Shown here piece after piece: positions 12,590 to 23,741 of a DNA stretch of 64,000 bases; positions within the stretch are counted from its first letter, which is position 1, and every line of letters begins with the position of its first letter. Made by a program: the position numbers and the translations under genes. The notes below the pieces were generated by a model that saw only the letters and a program-made list of their open reading frames with translations, was not told the DNA's origin and searched no databases. The DNA comes from Nemertoderma westbladi (lineage: Eukaryota > Animalia > Xenacoelomorpha): positions 62,001 through 126,000 of the forward strand of contig JAUCBJ010008936.1 in the NCBI GenBank assembly GCA_032718475.1, written 5' to 3'.

Positions 12590-14905
12590 ATTACATTCCT
12601 CGTCAGAACTTTCTAAAATATGGATTACTATGGATGTTTAGGTTCAAATTAACTTTTATTGCTTAAATTGCTATTAAACAAGTCCAATATTTATTATATT
12701 AAATTATTATATAATTTTGTTTAAATTGTAATTTAAATTTTGTTAATCTACCGGTGATTACCACGGACGCAAGTTGGAGCCGATGAATGACCCGCCGACA
12801 ATACCCCCAGTATCGAGTCTTGCATCCCTCATAAGCTCATCGAAGGAACTCAAAAGGCTTTTACATGCGACTAGAATCATTGCAGTTACAACGGGTGAAT
12901 TTATTGTCATGTTTATTCTTTAATGTCATAACTCAACACACAGTTACTAAAATTAAAAATAATAGTATGTTGTAAATGTATATAACAATGTTCTGAATTT
13001 GTAATATAGAATACTAAATACGAAAGCTGTACCTGCAAAATAGTCTTGAGAAAAAGCAATCTACATTGAACGCAATCTATAGTTTTTCATTTTTTCAATC
13101 TGATATATTTATTATAGTGGTCATTTCGTGGCTAACCCTTAAAAGGTATTTTATATATGAAGATATTATAAAATATTTTCACACAATATATTGTATATTT
13201 ACAGATCAACATCGTCCAAGGATGCAGAGGGGCAGTGTGCAGGGGCACCTACTACGGTAGGCCGTGTCCCTGTTTTCGAATAGTGGACCCCGTTTGGGTA
13301 CTTAAGGCCGATGTCGTGCTTGAGGAAGTATTCGATAATGAGTCACGACATATCCGCCCTCATTATTTCTGCAGTAATGAGTTTACCTCATTATTCTTCG
13401 ATAAAGCGCACCTAGAAGTGAGTAATAAATAAATAGGAAATGTACCTTATGTGTAAAGTAAAGCACCAGTGTCTATTGTAACAGAAAACAAGTTGACTTT
13501 CAGTGTAATGAAAGAGTCTAGACATATAAAGTATATATCTTTTCTATTCTTCCCTATATTGATTTTACAGAGCTCTCTAATGTTAAAGTTTATTAGATAA
13601 AATATATTACTTTACAAATAGAATGTATTATGGTCACTCTTTGTGAATAAATAGTTATTAAGATATTATATTATATTATTATTATATTATTTACTATTAT
13701 AGATAAATAATATATAACATTATTTATAATATAATACAAAACTACAATACATTTGCTGTATTGAATCATATTAGTATAAACTAAAAAACTCACATGTTTG
13801 ACATTTTAGAACCTAATGTGTTTTTGGATAAAACTTATCATAATTACAAAAACTAATAGCAAAAATTAGAACTCAAGCTTTTGATTTATATTAATTAATT
13901 GAATTACTACATACAGTATGTTGAATTGTAATATTTATACAGTCCAGCTCACCAACAGAGTGCCATCGGATCCGATCTGAACCGATCGGATCCAACAGCT
14001 TCAAACACTTTCAGACAAACTCCAACAGTCCAACAACTTCAAACAGATTCAGACAGTTTCAAACAGAATCAGACAACTTCCAACAACCTGTCAATCACTC
14101 CACCCTCACTCAACCGCAACCCCAACTCAACTCCCATCTTCTTGCGCGCAGATAGAATGAAAGCGTTTGAAACTACTAAAGGAACTCCATTTATAAAGCC
14201 ACAATAACGACAGAGTGGACTGGCCACTGGCGGCGCCCTTGAACATTCACACTGTAACTTAAGCCGACCTGAAGGAACAGCCCATTAGTGAGGTCGGTAT
14301 TTCTCTTTTTCCTGCCGCTATCTTTGAATAACACAATAGCAGAAAGCTAACCAGTGGTCTACCCCCAATACAAGAAAGACAAGTTGGCTACCATTGAAAT
14401 GAACGGGGAATGGAATTCTTTGTTCACATACTAATGTTGCTTTGGGTTGGTCTAGAGCCATACAATAGAGCTTTACGGAAATACACTTCCAAAGAGCCAA
14501 GCAGTGGCGGTATAGGTCCAAAATGCCCATGTAGAATTTCTTCGAATAAGGCTCAATTTCTTTAAGTTACATTAATTAAAATACTGATAAATATATTTTG
14601 CTTTTTGCAGGAGGGACAGTATCCCCCTCTAAAGTTAATAATATAGTGTATGTAGATGTGTTAGTTATATCGTTGCGTTTATTTATATTTATACATATAC
14701 AGGTTTGGATATGATCTCTACTAGTTTGATTTTTGTTTTGTAAATTAATTAATTGTGCGGTTAATTTGTCAATCACAGCCTTAATTGGCTACATTGCTTA
14801 TTGTATGAATGAATATAATTAGTTATTAAGACATTATTTTAATTAGTATCTGGTGTGATTAGGTCTACCTTTTACATAACAACAGTACGTCAATGGCGGA
14901 TATAC

Positions 14906-15008
14906 TACTACTACTAAGTCGAGCGAACTTGGACAGTGGAAATGAGATCCTTCCAGGCTTCCCAATTCTCCATAGTTGTCGCAATTTCGTTTCTCCCAAG
15001 TTCAGAGA
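14906..15008 (-). mobile_element. 103-bp 5'-truncated RTE-like LINE with (TAG)n tail
   Basis: 13-bp TSD ATGGCGGATATAC (14893-14905, 15009-15021); minus strand encodes EIATTMENWEAWKDLISTVQVRST* followed by TAG repeats. Confidence 0.82.
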
Positions 15009-15111
15009 TGGCGGATATACATTACATCATAATATGGCATGGCAGTCACGTGAAAACAAGGGCCTTCACATTCCCAATTCTCTATCTAATCTATTATGGT
15101 TGTGCGTATGG

Positions 15112-17250
15112 TTGTATCGCTGCGTGTAATGGCGACCAAAAAGCATTGTTCAGTCTGGTAAACTCGCTGGCCAAACAAAGATTATTTTGCTGCAAAAATC
15201 CGAATTATCCGAGACAAACTAGACATTGCGAACTCCAGAACGGATCCTATTCAATGTAAATCTCATCAAATCTCTAGTGACCACACAAGAACTGCAACGC
15301 TTTCTCAATTCACTGTACTGCCTACCTCCGAAGTGGGACGACTAATATCATCAGCACCCAACAAGCAATGTCCTCAGGACCCATTACCAACCAGTATCGT
15401 AAAACAGTGCATCTCGAGTCTTTGTATACCAATCAGTATTATCACAAACATCAAATTTTCGACCTGTAAGTGGTTTACCATTTGTATCAAAAATTGCAGA
15501 GCGAGCAGTAATGTCACAATTCCTACCATACATTGATGAACACCATCCTTTACCATGCACTGAATCGGGATATCGACGATTCCACAGTACTGAAACAACC
15601 TTAATTAAAGTTCTATCCGATATCCTTATCAACATGGACAACAAGAAGGTGACATTTCTAGTGCTACTAGATCTAAGTACCGCCTTCGACACTGTAGACC
15701 ACGATCGGCTTTTGAACGTATTCGAGTCGGAACTGGGAATTTGTGGCACCTGTCTCCGTTGGTTTTCATCGTTTCTCCGAGGACGTCATCAGCACGTAAC
15801 AACATTGGGTTCGAACTCTAAGGATCACTTACTAGAATATGATTTTCCCCAGGGAGCTTGCTCATCATGTCACTACTTTGGGAACTTTGGCAGAGGGCTA
15901 TTTAAAATCATCAAGCGACACTTACCAATTGCTTTACATGGATATGCAGATGATAAACAAACCTACCACGCATTTCAGCCAACTAACAAATCCGATGAAA
16001 GCTCTAGAAAATTGCATCGCAGATTTGCGCGAATGGTTCATCGAAAATAAACTAAAAATAAACGATGATAAAACCGAGTTTATAATATTAGGAACCCCGC
16101 ACCAATTATCTAAACTAACTACTAAGTCTATTCGTGTTGGGGACTTTGAAATACATCCAGCAAAATCGGTGAAGAACCTTGGTGCATGGCTCGATCCTGG
16201 TCTAACCATGAGAAAGTTCATAACAAAAACTTGTAGTGCAGCCTTCTTCCACCTCCACAATATTCGACGCATCGCCAACTTTCTCGACCAGAAGTCTGCA
16301 GAAACCATCATACACTCGCTCATATCAAGCCGTATCGATTACTGTAACGGTCCTCTCTACGGTATACCTGGCTACCAACTTGCAAAGTTGCAATGCGTAC
16401 AAAACTGGGCTGCACGTCTACTAACCAAGGTTCACAAATACGATCACATTACACCGAGTCTCAAGCAATTACATTGGCTACCAGTTCGGAAACGCATCGA
16501 ATTCAAATTACTTCTCCTCATTCACAAGTCCCGATTGCAATGAGCACCACAGTACATCCGCGAAATGCTATCCCCGGTGACCTACGCAAACCACACAACC
16601 CGAAGGTGCACTTCACTCTCGCTCGTCGAACTGCGTTTTAAGTGCCAAACTTTGGGCCGCCGGGCCTTCCCCATAGCCGCCCGCAGACTCTGGAATAAAC
16701 TCCCCACAGATATCCGTTCGATTTCCGATACACCGACCTTCAAGCGACAACTCAAAACATACCTTTTCTCCATGGCATACGCATAATTAGTTTCGAATAC
16801 CTCTAGTATTTAATTTAATTATATTATCTAATTTGCTTCATGGAACTGTCTTTTAATGCTGTAATAATGTTGGTATGTCAGTATGTATACTGCATTGTAT
16901 ATCGTACAAACTTTTTTTTAACCATGTATTTTAACAAGCTCTAATTAATTTTACTTATATTGAAAATTTGAACTGAACTGTTGATTGAACCGTTTTATTT
17001 ATTGAAGTATTCGTAATTGTATTACTGAACTTTATGTTGATCGTTGTCGTGTCACATATCTGCCTGTTTTTGAATGCCCCAATTATTGTTATCAAAATTT
17101 GCCGGTTTTAATGCTCTAAATATTTTACATATTCGTTTGTCACTTAATTGTCCGTTTTAAATCCCTAATTAATTATTTTGCTTATATTAGTTGATCACGA
17201 ATTTGTCTATTTTGATACTTTTCGACACGCAATAAAATTACAAACCATAA
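15112..17250 (+). mobile_element. 5'-truncated L2-clade LINE (degraded RT ORF2 plus 3' UTR)
   Basis: CNGDQKALFSLVN, KQCPQDPLPT, HSTETTLIKV..LLDLSTAFDTVDH, YADD, LKINDDKTEF, SRIDYCN, HITP.LKQLHWLPV, GRRAF..LWNKLP, FKRQLKTYLF; AATAAA near 17231. Confidence 0.9.
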
Positions 17251-17708
17251 GTCCACATAGATAACTGGTATACTAGCACTCGCCTGGCGACGTTTTTTTA
17301 CAATCCAAATGGTGTGAGAGGAACGATAAATGTAACTAGAGGAATTCCAGACGAATTAAAAAACTTCAAACAGAAGGCTATTAGTTCGAAGTTTATGCGA
17401 AATGAAAGTAAAACAATCTTAGCTGTCAAATTTACTGATAAACGGGATGTTTATTTATTGTCAACTGTGGATGATGCCAAAGAGGTTAAGAAGAACCGAT
17501 TTGTCCATGGTGGTGATCAAGTTGCATTTTGTAAACCAACCCCGATTGACATGTATAACAAATTCATGGGAGGCGTTGACTTGCAGGACCAACTTATAAA
17601 AATGTACAATCCTGTACGGAAGAGCCATTCGTGGTAGAAAAAGATTGGATATAATCTGGTTATGCGTTTGGTTATAAATGCCTATGTCATTCATAAGCGC
17701 GAGAAGAA
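17251..17708 (+). pseudogene. piggyBac transposase, fragment 2
   Basis: HIDNWYTS..GT..FTDKRDVYLLST..KP.PIDMYNKFMGGVDLQDQ..W*KKIGYNL..INAYVIHK; resumes exactly where fragment 1 ends (shared GTCCACATAGA). Confidence 0.9.
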
Positions 17709-18079
17709 TAATAATAATAATAATTATTATTATTATTATTACACCCATAGTCAAAAATTGCACATATGAAATTTATTTCAAATAAAATAGATCATTAGAT
17801 AAAAATATATACAGTAAGTAGTGGGGGAGGAGACTAACCAGGCCCGTGCACTTACGGTTAGCCATTCCATTATTTAAGTTAATTAATTTGTATACTAATC
17901 GTTATAAGTACATGTAAAAGTAACTAAAAAGTATTAAATAATTAAACGTTTCCCTGATAAAAATATTTTTCTAAAAAATATTGTTAAAGATATTTTTCTA
18001 CTGCCTGTACTGAAATTGATATATCAACAATAAATAGTATTATATAATAACATGAGTTATGCCAAAAATAATCCAATTA

Positions 18080-20905
18080 TTATAAAAATCTGTTAAAACT
18101 GCAATATTTTAAAAGGTCTACATCCCGTGCTAAAATATTACTAAAAATATTAATGTTTGGGGCTGATGCAGCATTAGAAGGTAGGTCGTTCCACATACTA
18201 ACTATCCTATTACAAAAATATTTCTGACAAATTTGTAGGCGGCAAAAATTGTGTTGCAATTTATATTGGTGACCTCTAAGACCCCTTCGTGAAGCAAAGC
18301 TAAAAAAATCATCAAAATTCATTTGCACTGCACCGGTGATTATAGAGTAAACCTGTTTTAAATCAAACACATGACGTCTAACTTCGAGTGGTTGTAAGTT
18401 TAAGTACTCAAGTCTATCTAAATAAGGCACCATGGTTAATTTACATCTAAAAAATAATCTGCGCGTAAAATATCTCTGTACGTGTTCGATCAGATCTATA
18501 TGTCCTTTGGTAAAAGGAGACCAAATTACTGTACAATATTCCAATAAGGGACGCACGTAAGATTTATAAGCACAAATTAGGGCTGCCATATTACGAGTAC
18601 GAAAACATCTAAAAATCATGTTGATTACTTTAGTTGATTTCAGAGCACGCTCATGGCAATGTTTATTAAATTTAAAATCAGAAGAAATCGTAACTCCCAG
18701 ATCCTTACAATCATCCTCTGCTTTAACAAGTTTACTATCTAGAAAATATTGCTGTTGAGGGTTATTGTAACCTAAATAGAGCACTATACATTTGTGTGGA
18801 GCGATATTCAACTGCCATTTATTAGACCATTCTGTGATTTTGTACAGGGACTGTGAGATCAGTAAGTGGTCGCTGGATGGCGCATATATTTTGACGTCGT
18901 CCGCAAATAGTTTACACGATAACCCTAAATTAAAAATATCCGGTAAATCGTTAATAAAAAGCACAAATAAAATTGGACCTAGTACGCTACCTTGTATGGT
19001 GACCGACGTAACTGGACAATAATCCGAGAAACTACTACCAACTAAAATACGTTGTGATCTATATGCGAGAAAAGCCTTTAACCAATAAAATAAGTCACCT
19101 ACTATACCGTAAGAAGAAAGTTTACATAAAAGTTTTTGGTGCACAACAGAATCAAAGGCTTTCGCAAAGTCTATGTAGATTACATCAACAGTGCACTTTC
19201 TATCCAATAATTTAATCCAATCCTTTGTACATTCTAATAGCTGGGTACATGTAGACTTATTTTTTAAGAAGCCATGTTGGGCCTTATTAATTAATTTGTT
19301 AGTAAATAAGTAATCACACAAATCTTGTTTAATACACTGCTCCATAATTTTACACGCAATACAAGTCAATGAAACGGGTCTGTAGTTATATGGGTCACTC
19401 GAGTTTCCTTTTTTGTACAACGGGACAATAATAGCTGTAGACCAAATTGAAGGAAGGGCATGTGATTTAAAAGAAATATTAAAAATAACAGATAACGGTA
19501 AAGATAAAACTGACGCTAAATTACTGAATAAAATGCACGGAATACCGTCAGGCGTACGACTTGTTTTAGAACCTAATTTACGAATAATTGAGAAAACACG
19601 ATCAACTGAAAAATCGACTTTAGAAATATATACAGATTGCGGGACCCTCCGCGTAAATGTAGGGCAATCGTTATTATCAATATTAAAATTGTCTGACAGA
19701 ACCTGAGCGAAAATATCAGCCTTGACGGCATCATCTACAATTGTGGCACCATTAAATGAAAGAGGTGAAATTCCCTGTCTAGATTTGCACTTTAAGTTTA
19801 CGTAATTAAACAAAACATTCGCCTTTCCACTGTTTAGGATTTTATATTCTCGTAAACATTCAGATCGAAGAATTGCCTCTGACAGTTCCTTACAACAACG
19901 GTTGTAATCTGATTTACCAATCTCTGTGTGGCGCCGGCGCCAAAGTAACTTTTTCTTTCATTGTAGTGCGCGAATGTGATGTGGGTACACCTTTTTCTTA
20001 GTGTTTAGTAGTTTGTATGGTACAAATTTATCAACACCGTCTTTAAGTACTGTTGAAAAAACGTTCCAAAATGCATCAATCGTACTGCACGAGTCAAAAT
20101 TGAGGTGCCAATTAATGATCGAAATGTAATGGGAAAATCCTACAAAATCAGCATTTTTAAAATCGTAAAAACCCAAATTGTTAACTGGAATTAAAATGTC
20201 TGGTCCTAAAGTATAAAAGTTTACTATTGAGTGGTCACTGGTTGAAAAAGTATGCCCTACTTCAACATCAGACACAATTGATTCGTCAGAAACTAAAATT
20301 ATATCTAAAATATTATCCTCACGAGTGGGTCTTGTAACCAGTTGATCAAAACCATTTTCTAAAATAAATAAAGAAAACTGTTCGTAGTTGTGGCTTGATG
20401 GGTAATTAAAATCCTTCCAGTTAAAATCAGGCAGATTGAAATCGCCTACCACGAGACAAGGTTGGGTGACGTCGCACAGCGATGAGATACATTGCCTCAG
20501 TTTGCAGTCCAGTTCCAACTTCTCCGCTCTCTCTTCTCCGGTTTCAGAATCTGGGGTTCTGTAGGCGCAAACCATACGGAAAGGAGTCGACCCGAGAAAA
20601 TCGACAGCGACCACCTCGAGTCCATCCAGGTTGTTAGGGAGAGGAACATTCACACAACGAATGTTGTTGCGCACCAGTATTGCCACCCCGCCGCCAAGAG
20701 AGGGGCGATCTTTTCGAAAAACCTGATGCTGTTTGAAACCCACCATTGAATCAGTGACCGATCCGTCCAACCAAGTCTCGGTGATAGCGAGGACGTCGTA
20801 ATTAGAGGAAACGATCAAATGTTTGAGATCATGTATCTTGTTTTTCAGCGATCTAGAGTTCAGTAGACAACATTTCAGGCGCGGATCTGTATTGCCTCCT
20901 CCCCT
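18080..20905 (-). pseudogene. CR1 ORF2 (APE endonuclease + reverse transcriptase) with one in-frame stop
   Basis: LNSRSLKNK, ITETWL, GDFN, SDH; TGA at 19958-19960 in the same frame as the RT part; QHGF, DFAKAFDSV, QGSVLGP, FADD, KDLGV, VRPLLEY, LRGH. Confidence 0.93.
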
Positions 20906-20907
20906 CT

Positions 20908-22131
20908 CTAGTTTTCCTCTTGGTCGGCAGTAGTGTTGTTTTCTTCGGTTGTCGCCTGTGGTGGAGATTTAGCGGCGGGCGTTGGCAATCTCCACTTCCT
21001 ATCGCGTTTCCATTTCCCATTCTCGTCCGGGGTATACCGCCAAATAGACCCGTCTTGCCGTAAGCTGTAACTCTCCGAGTCGAGATCAGCCGCTAAGTTT
21101 AGTTGTTGCAACGTTTTCTTCCGTTCTCTAAACAGCTTCAGTTGCTCCTTAGATTGACTCGGTCTGATTTTTAGGTTTTTGATTATTTCCGGTACAGTTC
21201 CAGAACTCTTTGCTTCTTCGAAACCCGACCGAAAGTTCCGCGCTTCGTTTTCCGAAGTGAAAGTAACTTTCACAATGCGCTCCTTATCATCGGTTTGTCG
21301 CCCCAGCCGTTGAAACTCGTTTATCGAAGAAGAGTTTACATTGGATGCCACACAGACATCGTTTACCGCTTGTCTGTCGGCCGCCAGGTTCGCTGATTCA
21401 GGCAAACGAGAGATTATCACCTCTCTTTTCAGTTTCTCTGAAGATAACGCTTCTTTAACTGAGGACTCCACAACTTGCGACAGCACAATGTTATTCCGTG
21501 CCGAGTTCCTATATCCGCGGGTTCGAGCCTTCCGGCTTTTCTTTTTGTTTCGTCGTGTTTCCCATTCTCCCTCGCCGTCGCTGACTTCCTCGCTCTCCTC
21601 CGCTGACAAGTCGGAGTCACAAACTACCCCGAGATGTGCTTTAACGGAACCGATTTCCGCCACTACTGATTCGATGAGTTTCGTTTGATTTTCGACAATG
21701 AGTTTTAACTCGTTTACAGTTGATCGATTGCTCATCGCCTCCTCCTCTGCCGCAGTGGCCACTTGAATGAAGGTTGCACACTTGCTGCAAAACCATTTAA
21801 ATTGGCTGTACCTGTTAAACTTTTCGAGTAATTCGGAAACAAGTTTATACGACGGAAGTGAAATGTTCTCACATTTGGCATGGAACCAAACCTTACAACC
21901 GTCACATGTAATACCGTTGTCTTGATCCTGTACCAGGAAGGAACATCGTCCGCAATTATATGTGCTTAGGTCGGCTACGCTGCCGGCACGTGTACTGGGT
22001 TGTGCAGATTTGTGGACTATTCCGCCACCAGCCGCTCTAGGAGAAGTTGTTGGCGTTGCAAGTCGAGCAGAATTTCGAGGAGGAACAGTAGGTTGGTGAA
22101 TAGTTTCTTTGGGTCGGCGCGTTGTCGCCAT
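20908..22131 (-). CDS. CR1 ORF1 protein with PHD finger
   Basis: CGRC..CDGCKVWFHAKC..WFCSKC PHD finger, coiled coil, RLG..IVKVTF RRM-like region; directly upstream of ORF2. Confidence 0.88.
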   Translation of the reverse strand: MATTRRPKETIHQPTVPPRNSARLATPTTSPRAAGGGIVHKSAQPSTRAGSVADLSTYNCGRCSFLVQDQDNGITCDGCKVWFHAKCENISLPSYKLVSELLEKFNRYSQFKWFCSKCATFIQVATAAEEEAMSNRSTVNELKLIVENQTKLIESVVAEIGSVKAHLGVVCDSDLSAEESEEVSDGEGEWETRRNKKKSRKARTRGYRNSARNNIVLSQVVESSVKEALSSEKLKREVIISRLPESANLAADRQAVNDVCVASNVNSSSINEFQRLGRQTDDKERIVKVTFTSENEARNFRSGFEEAKSSGTVPEIIKNLKIRPSQSKEQLKLFRERKKTLQQLNLAADLDSESYSLRQDGSIWRYTPDENGKWKRDRKWRLPTPAAKSPPQATTEENNTTADQEEN

Positions 22132-22791
22132 TCCCGGTAAAACAGTTCAACAGTTTGTGATATTTAAAACAAACCAAATTTAAAAATTCAGTACGGTGCA
22201 GGTATGTGCGTATTCAGTAATGATGCAATACAAAGTTATACAAAACGGTACTGGTACAAAAAACAAAAGCAAACGTTACATAGCAAACGTCTTTAGAACG
22301 AAGAATATCCACATGGACACAGCAATATTATGTTAAATAAAATCTTAGTACAGCTATTTCCCTAATTTCACCAACCTTTATTTTACAGATGCTAGGGGTG
22401 TCTACAGGTAACTTCTACTAATTTTCACCAGTAACTAAATTTAATTTTGCAATTTTTCAGATAACAAAATATTCAACTGGGTTCGAACTCGGGACTGTTG
22501 AAATAACCCCGATCCCGATCCCGTAAAATAGGGATTACGAGAGCGATAATCCCGATCCTGGAAATCCTGGTACATAGCAATTATTTTAGTTTAAATATCG
22601 CTAAATTTGCTTATTTCTGGTTTAATGTGGAAGTAACAGATCTGTTTGGATCATACTATCAATCCCCAGCCATTGATTATAACTTGGTGATAGCGAAATA
22701 ACCCAACTGTTGTAGCACAAATTCTACCCAGTTCAGTCTGGTTGATTTAAACTGTCTGGTCTAGCAATGTTTGTGCGACTATGATAAGAAG

Positions 22792-23125
22792 GCGTGATAA
22801 GAAGGCAAATCTCCTAACTTTCCTAACAAACGCAATTATTTGGCTGACTCAAATGAAATGTGATAACCCCCGTAAGTGGCAACGTGGCTTCTACAAAAGT
22901 GACAGTTGTGATTCTGTAGTTCCAGGCCCAGGGGCCTTTGTCCACCACTCCCTCACACTAATTCCACCAACACCGAAGGTTCGCAAACCAAGAAACCGTT
23001 GCCGATTGTGTTACTCTGATGGGTGCAAAGAAAAACTGTCACGATATTATTGCCCGCAATGCCCCTCTAAGCCATCTCTATGTCTGTATTGTGCGACTCC
23101 GTGGCACAAGAACATAAAACAATAG
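22792..23125 (+). pseudogene. piggyBac transposase, fragment 3 (C-terminal cysteine-rich domain)
   Basis: LLTFL..H.L..IP..RCRLC..SRYYCPQCPSKPSLCLYC..WH. Confidence 0.85.
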
Positions 23126-23465
23126 GTATCTGTTCACTATAATTCCAATGTAATATCAATCAATCAATCATTTAATATATTTTTAACTATATTAGTCATT
23201 TTTTTATTCGATAATTTTGACAGACAGACTGACCGACAGACAGACAGACAGACAGTAAACCGTCAGGGTATATTCAACTAAACATGAGAATTGACTTCAG
23301 AAATGCAATCAGCAACCAGAAAACCCCCACGGCGAACGTTTTAGCTGCGTGGTAGAATTTTTTAATTTTGACAGACAAAGAAACATGGGAATTGATTTCA
23401 GATATGAATCAGCGTCCAGACAAACACCCATGGCGAACTTTAGAATTTTTTAATTTTGACATTAA

Positions 23466-23741
23466 TATACACCAAACATAATGTACTGTATATAGGTAAT
23501 GTCCAACACAACATATAGGATTACCCATAAAGCTTTGCAGCTTATTTCCATGGGGGTCCTTAATGTTACTTGGTTACAAATACAGTACAATATGAAAAAT
23601 ATGAAAATTGGCAATTGGGCTATAACTTTTACTGTCTTTTTTCATATCAATAACACTATTAGTAATGGTGGGGTCTATAAAACATTAAATGCCCTAAGGA
23701 AGGTTGGGGGGGGGGGGGGGGGTGGTGGGCGCAATTCATCC
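23466..23741. repeat. Dispersed repeat, copy 1 (copy 2 at 40581-40845)
   Basis: Shared caccaaacataatg..aacatataggattacc..aaagctttgcagc..gtacaatatgaaaaatat..agtaatggtggggt.tataaaacattaaa..gggcgcaattcatc. Confidence 0.8.

Larger units (their letters stand above)
17709..22791 (-). mobile_element. Near full-length CR1-clade LINE
   Basis: ORF1 (PHD) plus ORF2 (APE-RT), 3' UTR, TAA/TTA microsatellite tail at 17709-17740; possible degenerate TSD gcgcgagaagaa/gcgtgataagaa. Confidence 0.88.

Noticed and set aside
5799-14928. 30-bp inverted repeat appearing to bound a 9-kb element containing YR-SET and PWWP
   Set aside because: Each copy has its own TSD and is an independent RTE 3' stub in opposite orientation
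18792-21688. Antisense and alternate-frame ORFs overlapping LINE ORFs (similar ones overlap other elements)
   Set aside because: Shadow ORFs of real coding regions with no independent motifs
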